Positions 10,891 through 23,322 of a stretch of DNA of 64,000 nucleotides are shown piece by piece. The notes beneath the pieces are model-generated. The model saw nothing but the letters and a program-made list of their open reading frames with translations. It searched no databases and was not told the origin of the DNA. Position 1 is the stretch's first letter. Each line of letters begins with the position of its first letter. Source of the stretch: Felis catus (lineage: Eukaryota); the NCBI RefSeq assembly GCF_018350175.1, contig NC_058368.1:15874001-15938000 (forward strand). The letters run 5' to 3'. Both the position numbers and the translations under genes were made by a program.

Positions 10891-13662
10891 AATGAAAGAA
10901 ATACAGAGTCAGAATAAATTTGTTGACACAAGGGCTTTAAGAATTCAAACTATAAGTCTGTGGCATTTGCCATTCATTTCAGATAAGAAAGATTAAGGAA
11001 AGACCAAGTTTTATTTTTAATCTAATGTTATAACCTATAATATTAAGACTATGTTAACGTCACGGCTTATTCAAATGTTTGCTGTGGGAAATTGTGTTGG
11101 CTCGCTAAAGTTACAAGCTGCTTTTGTCCTAGGAAATTGCATTTGCTCACCACTTTGAGATAATTAGCCCACTGACTATGACCTCATTGCTGTTGCTAAA
11201 ACTGATCTTACCCATATTTAAACTCCAGATTCTCTTCAGATAAGAAACTACCTCAGATTCTGTCTAGATTTTAATTGTTGCTACTTGTATAGTTAAACTG
11301 CCAAATTTCATTCCTACATATTTCCAAATGAGGTCCCAATATAGTTTTTCTAATAATAAAGGATATATATTTATTTCAATTCCTACCTTATAGTTTTCTA
11401 TATATCTTGATCAATTCTGAATCTGGAGAGGAGGTCTATGATAAATTGGTCTTTTTGAAGCCTAAGTTAAATTCATTTGGGGACTTGTTTTCATTCTAAC
11501 ATGCCATGTACGGTTGGAGAAGAGGGCATGATATTATAACATGATCCCATACTAACATTTATATAAAGAACCTACAGGATATCACCAAGATAGCAACATA
11601 GGCTTCTTTCTGAATTTCCCTCCTCTCACTGCACTATATATACAGCTACACATGGATCAATACCCTCTGAGAGAAATCCAGAAACTAGTTGAATGACTCC
11701 TACATGTTGGGTGGCTGAGGAAATACCAACAATGAAGTGGGTAGGGAAGGCTGAGACACACTCTGACCATGAATCACAGCCTTGGAGCAGTCTCACGGAA
11801 GTTTAACAAACAAAGGAGCAATTATCAGGGATATAAGCACTCCTCATGGCTATCTCTGTGGACTCAGTGCAGAGAGAGCAGACAAAATTGCCCTCCAGTT
11901 TTTCCATGGAAGGGATTTGATTTCATACTTTGCCAGCTGCTGTCTGAGGGTCTAGTTTCTATTTAAACCACATTTAGGTGCTTACTGGATACCTTCCTGG
12001 AGCCTGAAAGAGCTAGAGAGCACTTTCCCTACCTTCTCCCTTTTACTTGTTCCTTCAGTAAAACCATGTTACCAGCTTCTCCCAGGAAGGAGCTTGCCCA
12101 CACATATAGTACCCCCCACGGTTATGGCTGCCACCCAAGGGACTGTTTCCCAAATGACCCAACCCTAGGAACTTATAGGGCCCAACATTCATGAATCACC
12201 TAGGACCGCATAAAACAAAGAGGCAGTTCTATTTGGCCACAAACAGCCCGAACAACTTTTCCCTCTGGCTTATCACAGAGTGAATATGCAAAAAAAATTA
12301 TTCCTAATTTATCTCTAATAAGTGCTAATCTCCAACTTTCCCTGCTGTTGCCTGAAGGTTGAGCTTCCAGTTATCCTCCATTGGGGAGCTAAGGGGGTAA
12401 GCAGTTAGTAGTTCTCTGGGAACCTGAACAGGTATATTAGTATTTCCCACACTTTGGGACACTGACAGTCTTGGCACACCCACAATGACTGGGAACCACT
12501 AAGAACAAAGATGCCAGCTTGAACAATCACAAAGGTTCGAGGGGCAACCAGGAACTTAGATTAGGCTGACTGATAAAGTTCACCTCCTACATGAGGGCAG
12601 ACCATCAAAACTGGGAGAGGTGTCTGCTATGTCTAATGCTCAGAAGGTAACAGAGGTTATAGCAAGATGAAGAAACTGAGGAATATATCCCAAACAAATT
12701 AACAAGATAAATTTACAGAAATTGATCGTAATGAAATGGAGTTAAATGATTTACCCAATAGACAGTTCAAAACAGTTGTGCATAAAGATGCTCACAAGGT
12801 CAGGAGAGGAATACATGACCAAAGTGAGGATTTTAACAAGTAGATAGAAATATAAGAAAGTATCAAAGAGAAATCATAGAGTAGAAGATGATAACTGAAC
12901 TGAAAAATTCAGCAGAGGGGTTCTATAGCCGAGTAGATGAAATGGAAGAAAGGATCAATGAACTTGAAGAGAAGGCAGTGGTGGGAAGTGGAATTCACCA
13001 AATCAGAGGAGCAAAAATGAAAAAAGAGTGAAGATAGCTTAAGGACTAATGAAGAACTGTCAAGCATACTCATATATACATTATAGAGGTCCCAGAAAGA
13101 GAAAAGGGAGAGTTTCTCTTTCTCCAAAAGAACTCTCTTTTGAAGAGTTCCAAAAAAGATCTATCTAAAGAGCCCCAATCTGAAACACATTTAATTAAAG
13201 AGAGAATCTTAAAAGCAGCAAAAGAAAAACTTTTTACATATAAGAGAACATCTCCTTTCTCCTCCTTCCCCTGTAAGATTATAAGCTGATTTTTCAGCAG
13301 GATCCTTGGAAACCAGAGGTGAATAGGATGATATATTCAAGTGCTGAGAGAACCTGCCAACCAAGAATACTCTACTTAGCATAGTTGTTCTTCAGAATTG
13401 AGGGAGAGATAAAGAGTTTTTAAGACAAACAGAAATTAGGGTTCATCGCCGCTAGACTAGCCTTATAAGAAATCTTAGGGTTCTTCAAACTGAAATTAGA
13501 AGGTGTTAATGGTTACATTAAATATATGAAAGTATAAAGCTTACTGATAAAGGAAAACAGGTAGTTAAATACATAATACTCTAATGTTGTTAAGGTGGTA
13601 GATAAACCGTGTATAACTCTAGCATAGAGATTAAGAAACAATGGTATTAAAATTAATATTAT

Positions 13663-13873
13663 GGGGTGCCTGGGTGGATTAGTTGGTTAAGTGTCTGACT
13701 TCGGCTCAGGTCATGATCTCATGGCTCGTTGGTTAAGGCCCATGTCGGTCTCTGTGCTGACAGCTTGCTCAGAGCCTGGATCCTGCTCTGGATTCTTTGT
13801 CTCCTTCTCTCTCTGCCCCTCCCCGACTCGTACTCTATCTCTCTCTGTCTCTCAAAAATTAATAAATGTAAAA
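13663..13873 (+). mobile_element. CanSINE in L1
   Basis: SINEC body; TSD aaaattaatatta. Confidence 0.95.
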
Positions 13874-16509
13874 AAATTAATATTACTATGATGATTTTAT
13901 AAATGGATACATAACATAAAAAAATGTAATTATGCCATCAAAAATAAAAATATGGGGTGGGAGAGGAGTGTAAAAATGTAGAGCTTTTGTATGTGTTCAA
14001 ATTTAAGTTATTAGCTTAAAATAGACTGTTATAACTTTAAGGTGTTTTATGTAAGCCTAATGGTAACTACAAAATAAAAACCTATAGTAGATACATAAAA
14101 AATAAAGAAGTCAAAACACTACTACAGAAAATAGTCAAATCATAAAGATTGTAAGAGAAGAAGAAAGAAACAAAGAAAATACAAAATAGCAAGAAAACAA
14201 TAAATTAACAAAATCTCAATAGTGGGTCCTTACATATCATGTGTATATGGTCTGATTCATACAATGAAAAGACATAGAGTGGCTGACTGCATTAAGAAAA
14301 CAAGACCAACACTATGCTCCCTAAATGAAACTCAGTTTAGATTTAAGGTTATACATACAGTGAAAGTGAAGGGATGGGAAAAGATATTCCATGCAAGTAG
14401 AAACCAAGAGGGAGCAGGGCTAGCTATACTTACATGAGAAAGAAAAACAGTAATGAGAGAACAAAATGGGTCAATACATAATGATAAAAGGTCAATTCAT
14501 TAAGAGGACATAATAATCATAATTATAAACACACCCACCATTGGAATGCCTAAATATATAAAGCAAATATTAACAGATCTGAAAGGAGAAATAGGCTGCA
14601 ATACAATAATAGTAGAAGACTTCAATTACCCACTTTCAACAATGGGTAGATCAGACAGAGTATTAATAAGAAAACATTGGACTTAAATTACATGTTACAC
14701 CAGATGGAACTAATAGATCTATACAGAACATTCCATCCAATAACAGCAGAATAAACATTCTTCTCAGGTGCACATGGAACAGTCTCCAGGCCACAAAAGA
14801 GTCTTAACAAACTTAAGAAGATTGAAATCACATCAAGCGTCTTTTCTGACCACATTGGTATGAAAATAGAAACCAATTACAAGAGGAAAACTGGAAAATT
14901 CACAATTATGTGGAGATTAAACAAGATGCTCCTGAATAATTAACAGGTCAAAGAAGAAATCAAAGGGTAAGTAAAAAATACCTTTAGACAAATGAAAATG
15001 GAAATACAACATACCAAAACATATGGGATGCAGTACAAGCATTCTTAAGCGGGAAGTTTATAGTGGTAAACACCTACATTAAGAAAAAAGAAAGATCTAA
15101 AATAAACAACCCAACTTCATACCTCAAGGAATTAGAAAAAGAGGAACAAACAAAGCCTAAAGTTAGAAGAGGAAGGAAATAAATGTTAGAATGTAAATAA
15201 ATGAAATAGAGTTTAGAAAGACAATTGAAAAGTTCAGTGAAATTAGGAGCTGAATTTTTGAAAACATAGTCAAAATTGACAAACCTTTAACTACTCTAAA
15301 CAAAAAAGAGAAGACTCAAATAAAATTAGAAATGAAAGAGGGACATTACAACTAGTAACACGGAAATACTAAGGATCATAAGAAACAATCATGAACAGTT
15401 ATACCAACAAATTAAATAACCTAGAGGACATGGATGAATTTCTGGAAACACACAAGCTACCAAGACTGAATCATGAAGAAATAGAAAGTCTGAACAGAAA
15501 GATTACTAAGAAAGAGATTGAATTAATTAATGAAAAGCTTCCCAACAAAGAAAAGTCCAGGACAAGATGGATTAAGTGTTGAATTTTACCAAACATTTAA
15601 AGAAGAATTAATACCAACCTTCTCAACCTCTTCCAAAATAGAAAAGGAGGAAACACTTCCAAACCCATTTTACCAGGCCATCATTACCCTAGCATCAACA
15701 TTGTAAAAGGACACTACAAGAAAAGCAAGTTAAAGGTCAGTGTCACTGATGAACAGAAATGCAAAAATCCTCAACAAAATATTAGCAAACCAAATTCAAC
15801 GGTATATTAAAAGGATCAAACACCACGATCAAGTGGCATTTATTCCTGGGATGCAAGGGTTGTTCAACATCTAGAAATCAGTAAATGTGATACACCATGT
15901 TTAAAAAATGTGATATATAAAAATTATATGTTACCTAAATAGATGTAGAAAAACCATCTGATAAAATTTAACATCTTTTCATGATAAAAATGCCTAGCAA
16001 ATTAGGTATGTATATTTCAACATAATAAAGGCCATATATGACAAGCCGACAGATAATATCAACTCCGTGTTGAAGAGCTAAAAGTTTTTCCTGTAAGATC
16101 AGGAGCAAACCAAGGATGTCCATTTTTACCACTTTTATTCGACATAGTGTTGGAAATGCTAACCAGAGCGATGTTTGCAGATGCTGCATTAGATAAAGAC
16201 TCTACTAAAAAAACTGTTAGAATAAAAAATTCAGTAAAGTTGCAGTATAAAAATTCAGCATCCAAAAATCAATTGTGTTTCTATGCATTAACAATGAACT
16301 ATTTAAAAGAAAAATTAAGAAAATAATCCCATCTGTTACTTCCTCAAAAAGAATAAAATATCTAGGAATAAAGTTAATCAAGGTGGTAAAAGATCTATGT
16401 GCCAACAACTATAAAACATTGATGAAATAAATTAAAGAAGATGAAAATATATGAAAGGTATTCAGTGTTCATAGATTGGAAAAATGATATTATTAAAATG
16501 CCTGTACTA

Positions 16510-16672
16510 GGGTGCCTGGGTGGCTCAGTTGGTTGAGTGTCTGACTTCCACTCAGGTCATAATCTCACAGTTTATGAGTTTGAGCCCCGCATTGGGGTCT
16601 GTGCTGACAGCTCAGAGCCTGGAGGCTGCTTAGGATTCTGTCTTTCTCTCTCTCTGCCCCTCCCCTACTCAT

Positions 16673-16725
<53 letters not shown>

Positions 16726-16760
16726 AATAAACATTAACAAATTAAAAAAAAATAGGTAAA
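16510..16760 (+). mobile_element. CanSINE with expanded (CT)n
   Basis: SINEC body; pure CT run ~16675-16721. Confidence 0.95.
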
Positions 16761-19286
16761 TAAAATGTACGGCCTAAAGCAATCTGAAGATTTGGTACAA
16801 TGCCTATCAGAATTCCAATGGCAATTTTCATAGAAATAGAAAAACATAATCTTAAAATTTGTGTGGAATCACAAAGGATCCTGAATAGTCAAAGCAATCT
16901 TGAGAGAAAACATCGCTAGAGGAATCATCTACCCTGATTTCAAACTGTATTACAAAGCTATAGTAACCAAATGGACTGGTTGGCATAAAAACACACAGAG
17001 ATCAGTGAACAGAATAGAGAGCCCAGAAATAAACTCATGCATATATGGTCAATTTATTTTCAACAAAGCACCCACAATATGGGGAAAGAATTGTGTCTTC
17101 AAAAAATTGTGTTGTAAAAACTGAATACATGAAAAAGAATGAAACTGGATCACTCTTTCACCATACACAAAAGTCAACTAAATATGGATGAAATACTTGA
17201 ACATGAGCTGCAAAATGACAAAACTCCTAGAAGAAAAAAAAAACATATTAGGTAAGTGCATCAACATGGATCTTTCTGAATTTGACACTAAAATCAAAGG
17301 CAACAAAAGATACAGTTTGTTTGACTATATCAAATTAAAAAACTCTGCACGGCAAAGGAAACCATCAATGAAATGAAACTCAACCTAATAAATGGGAGAA
17401 AATATTTGCAAACCACTTGTCTGACACGGGTTAATGTCCAAAATATATAAAGATACAATTTATAACTTAATAACATAAAAAGAAATAATCCAATTAAAAA
17501 TTTGGCAAAAAACATGAAAATGCATTTTTCCAAAGAAGACATACATATGGCCAATAGGTACATGAAAAGATGCTTAACATCTTGAATTATCTGGAAAATG
17601 CACATTAAAACTGCAATGAGATGTCCCTTCACACCCGTTAGGCTATTCTAAAAAAATGCTGGCGAGGATGTGCAGAAAAGGGAACCCTTGTACACTGTTG
17701 GTGAGAATATAAACTAGTGCAGTTATTATGGAAAACAGCACAGACATTCCTCAAAAAATTAAAAGTAGAGCTATCATATTATTCAGAAATCCCACTTCTA
17801 GATATGTACCTGAAAGAAATGAAATCACTATCTTGAAGAGATATATGCCCTCTGAGATTCACTGCAACCTTGTTCACAGTAGCTGAGACATAGAAACAAA
17901 CTAAATGTTCATCAACAGATGAATGGGTAAAGAAATTTACACACATATAATGCAATATTTTTCAGCCTTAAAAAAGAAGGAAAATTTATTATTGGCGATA
18001 TCATGGATGATACTGGAAGGCAGTAAGTGAAATAAACTAGACAGAAAGACAAATACTGCATGGTGTCATTGGATGTGAAATTAAAAAAAATTAAATTCAT
18101 AATAATAGGGTGGTTGTTGCCAAGGGCTGGGGAATGAGGGGATGGGGTGAGTTTGGTAAAAGGATACAAACTCACAGGTGTAAGATGAATAAGGTCTGAG
18201 GATATAATGTATACCATGGTGACTACAGTTGATAATACTGTATCGTATAATTCAAATTTGGTAAGAGGGTACAATTTAAGTGTTTTAGCCACATACACAA
18301 AAACAGGTGAATATGCGAGGAGATGGATGTGTTAATTAACTTGATGGGGATAATCCTTTAAAATGTATAGGCATAGCAAACCACCACATTGATTATATTG
18401 TAATCTTATTTGTAAATTGTACCTCAATAAAGCTGAAAAAAATTAAAAAGGACTTGCATTTCTTAAATGGCCATCTTGGCTTTGACCAGTTTGCAACAAA
18501 TCCTCCAGGGTAAACTCTAAATTTCTTAGAATGTTGCATATGCTCCTTAGTGATACAGCCTTCCAGTAGTTCTTCCAGTATCACTTCTGTTACTTTCTCC
18601 AATACTTAACTGTTTTCAGAGGTTGTGAGTTTGGAGATCACATTCTTTTATACATCGCCTTGTCTTACACTTGCTCTTTTCTCTTCTTAGAATACTCACC
18701 TCCTCAAGGCAATCTTCCTTCACTCTTCCTCTCCCTTCTCTTCCAAAGCTTCATTTAGTACCTGATCTGAGCTTGTATCTTCTGGAGCATGTATCTACAG
18801 AAGTTGTTTCAAAGTTGTGGTTAAAGTGTACAAAATTGTTTCTGCTTTGTGAAATTGATTGTAAATTCTCTGGGTGCAGAGATTATTTTTACAACTTTAG
18901 TGCTTGATATGCTCTTAACAATTGTTTATTGAAAATAAATTTAATGAATGCACTTTATAACTACAGTGACCAAATGTTTTTGCTGTGGATCAACCACAAT
19001 TTATATGTTTATCCTGGCATGATTATTAATAGAATCACCTTTTCACACTCAAAAGTGTTTTAGTTTAAATGATAAATTATGGGTCACCCTGTTTATAAGC
19101 ATTATTAGGGGAGATGTAATGCTGAATTGCTTTTCTTAGCATTTAAATGATAATTTTGTCTTTTGATTCTCTGGGGAACAGAGACAGTAATTATTATAAA
19201 TTATAACAACAATACTATCTCAGTAGTAATTTCCTTAAAGCAAAATGAAACTAGCCAACTGGTTCCCAGAATTCTGTGAAGATAAG

Positions 19287-19490
19287 TGTATTAGTTTGCT
19301 GGGGCTACCATAACAAAGTAGCACAGACTGAGTGGCTTAAACAAAAGAAATTGATTTTCCCACAGTTTCAGAGGCTGGAAGCCCAAGATCAAGATGTTGG
19401 CAGGTTTGGTTTCTCCAGAAGTTCTTTCCTTGATTTGTAAATGGCTACCTTCTCATTGTGTTCTCACATGGCCTTTTCTCTGAATCCCTG
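19287..19490 (-). mobile_element. MaLR LTR fragment (MLT1A/B-like)
   Basis: tgtattagtttgctggggctaccataacaaagtagcacagactgagtggcttaaac. Confidence 0.85.
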
Positions 19491-19496
19491 TTATCG

Positions 19497-19567
19497 CTGC
19501 TGCTGCTGCTGCTGCTGCTGCTTCTTCTTCTTCTTCTTCTTCTTCTTCTTCTTCTTCTTCTTCTTCT
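19497..19567. repeat. Compound (CTG)~8(CTT)~15 microsatellite
   Basis: Read directly; abuts a partial minus-strand SINE. Confidence 0.97.
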
Positions 19568-19690
19568 TTTTGAGAGAGAGAGAGACAGAGACAGAAGCAG
19601 AGAGAGAGCGTGAGCAGGGTTGGGGCAGCGGGAGAGGGAGAGGGAAAATCTTAGGCAGGCTCCATGACCAGCATGAAGTCCGATGTGGGT
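19568..19690 (-). mobile_element. CanSINE fragment lacking its head
   Basis: ttttgagagagagagagacagag...gcaggctcca...gatgtggg, then similarity stops. Confidence 0.8.
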
Positions 19691-20051
19691 TCTGAGACCC
19701 TGGAATTCTCTGCCCAAAGTTCTTGAGCCTGCTCTGGGGTCTTTTCCCAGTCTCCATCCTCCTGAGGGTGGTCTACCCCACGGTGCACACATGGTTAGGC
19801 CCAGGGGGCAGCTAAGGGAAGTTGTTGCTTAAGGAGAAAGGTTCTGGCTCTGTCCTAACTGCTATTTTCTAGCATGGAGCTGGGAGGAGCCCTTGGTTAC
19901 TATAAGACTATATAAATATATATGTATGTTGTATATATATGTACTGTATATTAGGTACAATAATAAATAGTACATACTTTATTTACCTGTTTATTGATTT
20001 GCTTATATACATTTAAAATGTTTAGAAAATATAAAAATATAAAATATATGG

Positions 20052-20466
20052 TGTTAATGAAAATTCCCTCCTTGACCAAACTTTAGTCAGGCTCCTTGTA
20101 GACTAACCTTTGACCTCGGGCCCCAGTTCTTGCTGGGTCTGCATAGCCCAGCTTTAATAAGATTGCTGCTAAATCAGTTTATGGTGAATCTCCCCATCCT
20201 TGATATCTCTTCACCTTGGCCTACTTTCAGCAAGATTTCTGTTAAGTCAGTTTAGCAAGAATATGATGTCTTTCTCCTCTTAGTAATTTTCCATCCACTG
20301 ACCACCTCACCTAGCTCTTTGGCTATAGATTCCCACTTATCCTTCTTGTATTCAGAATTGAGCTAAGTTATATAAAAAAAAGTCTTTTTCCCCTAATTAT
20401 AATAGTTTCTGCATAAAATATATCTTTACCACTTTGACCAGTGTCTGTCTTTGGATCTTTTTGACA
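20052..20466 (+). mobile_element. ERV1-type solo LTR (MER31-like)
   Basis: ttgaccaaactttagtcaggctcc...aagtcagtttagcaagaat...tcttagtaattttccatccactgacc; TG...CA ends. Confidence 0.75.
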
Positions 20467-20469
20467 GTA

Positions 20470-22498
20470 TGTGTTGGGACTCTATAGCTGCTGTATTAAA
20501 TTAAGAATATGCAGATTATGACCTGGTGAATGAAAAGGCACAAACCGCTCACTTGGGGTCAGCAGGTAGCTAGCTCTGTCATTGTTTGAACTCCCACTTT
20601 GGGGAAATGAAAACCCTGAGGTCATTTTGGATTGAAGGTGTGATTTCAATATAGTCACACAAAGGAAAGGAAAGTCACAAGATTTATTACTTATAGATAC
20701 CAGAAATTAGGGGTGGGGGGTTGCACAGTGAGCCAGGGGTAATGGCAGTTCTCCATCCTAGGTCATAACGGAGCAGGAGAAGGAGAGCTCCTCTTACTTG
20801 GTGAGGTGGTTGGGATGGCAGTCACTAACTTTTCATGTGCTCTACTCCAAGTGGTTATTTGAAGGTGCCCTGGGAATAGTTTGCGGAGAATATGTTTTAA
20901 CTCTTCTTAAATGTTTGGTAAGGAAGGCTTCCAAATACATTCTATGAAGCCAGAATTACCCTGATACCAAAACCAGACAAAGACACCCCAAAAAAAGAAA
21001 ACAGACTGATATGCCTGATGAACATAGATGCAAAAATCTTTAACAAAATATTAGCAAACCACATTTAACACTACATTAAAAGGGTCATTCACTGATCATA
21101 TAGAATTTATTCTGGGGCTACAAGGATGATTTGATATTCACAAATCAACATGATACACCACATCAACAAAACAAAGGATAAAAATCATATGATCATCTCA
21201 GTAGATACAGAAAAAGCACTTGACAAAGTAAAACGTCCATTCATGATAAAAATGTCAATAAAGTGGGTTTAGAAGGAGCATACCTCAACATATTAAGCTT
21301 ATATATGAAAATCCACAGCTAACATCATTCTTGTGAAAAACAGAGCTTTTCCTCTAAGATTAGGAACAAGACAAGTATGTCCACTCTTACCACTTTTATT
21401 CAACATAGTACTGGAGGTCATGGCTACAGAAATCAGAAAAGAAAAAAGAAATAAGAGGCATCCATATTGGTAAAGAAGAAGTTAACCTATTACTGCTTGC
21501 AGATGACATGATACTATACATAGAAAATCCTAAAGATGCCACCAAAAATTACCATAAGTAATAATTCAGTAAACTTATAGGATGCAAAATTAACCCAGAA
21601 GTTGGTAGCATTGCTCTACACTAATAGAATAGTAGCAGAAAGGGAAATTAAGAAAACAACTCCATTTATAATTACACCAAAGAGAATAAAATACCTAGGA
21701 ATGACCTTAACCAAAGAGGTGATAGAGCTGAACTCTGAAAACTGTAAAACACTTATGAAAGAAATTAAAGATGACACAAACAAATGGAAAGATAGTCCAT
21801 GCTTATGGATTGGAAGAATTAGAATATCAATCTATAGATTCAATGAAGTCTCTATCAAAATTTATCAACAGCATTTTTCTCAAAACTTGAAGAAATAATA
21901 CTAAAATTTGAATGGAATCACAGAAGACTCAAACAGTCAAAGCAATCTTGAGAAAGCAAAATAAAGCTGAAAGTCTCACAATTCCAAAGTTCAAGATATA
22001 CCACAAAGCTATAGTAGTCAAAACAGTATGGTACTGGCATGAAAATAGACACATAGATCAATAAAACAGAATAGAGAGTCCAAAAATAAACCCATGATTA
22101 TATGGTGAATTAATCTATGACAAAGGAGGCAAGAATATACAATGGGGAAAATAGAGTCTTCAATAAATGGTCCTGGGAGAACTGGACAGCTACATTTAAA
22201 AGAATGAAACTGGACTATTTTGTAGCAGCATATACAAAAAAAAATTCAAAATGGATTGGATTTGAGACCTGAAGTCATACAAATTCTAGAAAATATCACA
22301 GGAAGTAATTTCTCTGACGTCAGCCACAGGAATATTTTTCTAGATCCCTTTCCTCAAAGGTGCCCTGGGGAAAGCAAAGCAGGAACATGGGGTGGGAAAC
22401 TTAAGCTCAGGTCCTTATCTCAGTGTCCAGGTATGAACAGGGTTGTTACACTGTAAAATGGCTAGGCAGCAACTCAAAATTGCTGTTTTCTCATCACA
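20470..22498 (-). mobile_element. ERVL-type solo LTR (MER54/74-like) split by L1 fragment
   Basis: TG...CA ends, 5-bp flanks cagta/tagta, minus-strand AATAAA at ~20683. Confidence 0.55.
20875..22356 (+). mobile_element. L1 ORF2 internal fragment, 5'-inverted and 3'-truncated
   Basis: ORF2 RT region (tgcagatgacatgatactatacatagaaaatcc); TSD aaggtgccctggg at 20862 and 22357. Confidence 0.92.
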
Positions 22499-22549
22499 TA
22501 GTATCTTAGACTTTGTCTCCAGGCTCCACAAATAGTAAGGTTGAGCCTT

Positions 22550-22785
22550 TTTACTGAGCATTAATTATTTGCCAGTCACAATGTCAAGTGTCATTTATTA
22601 TTTGATCCACACAATAGTCAATTGGAAGGTTCTATTTCTGACTTCACTTTATAGACAAAGAAACTGGGGCATAGAGAGCTTAGGTAGCTTTGTCAAAGGT
22701 CCCCTGGCCCAGAAGAGGCAGAGCTGGGCCTGGAATGGAACTCTGGCCTCAGAAACTGAACTTTTAGCCACTGTACCCTACTATA
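22550..22785 (-). mobile_element. MIR
   Basis: actgagcatt...tttatagacaaagaaactggggcatagagag...gcagagctggg. Confidence 0.8.
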
Positions 22786-23322
22786 GGACTATAAAAATGG
22801 CAATTGTGAATCTCATTAATTTTGAAGTGAATAAAATATAGACTCATTAATTACAAACAGCGAGGCTCTCTGGAGATAATAGTTGTCTGAGAATTGCAAC
22901 AAATTGTTCAGGCTCCAAGATTTGCCATTTTAGACATAAGGCATAATTTAGACACAATTATAACTGCTTGCATTATCCTGTTATTTGTTCTGCCTTAACT
23001 AGTGTAACTGCACATTGGGAAGAGTGGGTAGTCTTGTTCAGATGGGAGTTTCCTCATACAGAGGAGCAAGGAATCTGTTTAAAACCAGAGAGGAAGTTGC
23101 TCTGTATCATTTATCAAGGAGTGTAAAAGGCCCGAGGAAGTTAGCTAGCCTTTTGCTCATCTTGAGATGTAATGACAGTGCTCAAGAATTCCATCGACTT
23201 ATACATATTTTTATTCTTTATATTCAAAATGTATACTATTGCAAGCAGGATCCACACTATGTGTCTTTAAGTACTGAATATCAGAACAAATGTTTACCCA
23301 CACAAATGCTAGAATTGTCACC

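Larger units (their letters stand above)
11577..18445 (+). mobile_element. Near full-length old LINE-1 (L1MA9/old carnivore-like), decayed
   Basis: 5'UTR ~11.58-12.66 kb, ORF1 remnant ~12.66-13.49 kb, long inter-ORF, ORF2 remnants ([43 protein letters not shown]), 3'UTR ending ctcaataaagctgaaaaaaa; degenerate TSD aaagaacctaca/aaaggacttgca. Confidence 0.93.

Noticed and set aside
11577..18445. Potentially active full-length L1
   Set aside because: Many stops, frameshifts, deletions and two SINE insertions
19441..19792. ORFs with poly-C/F, poly-R/S, poly-K/Q
   Set aside because: Translations of the trinucleotide repeat and SINE
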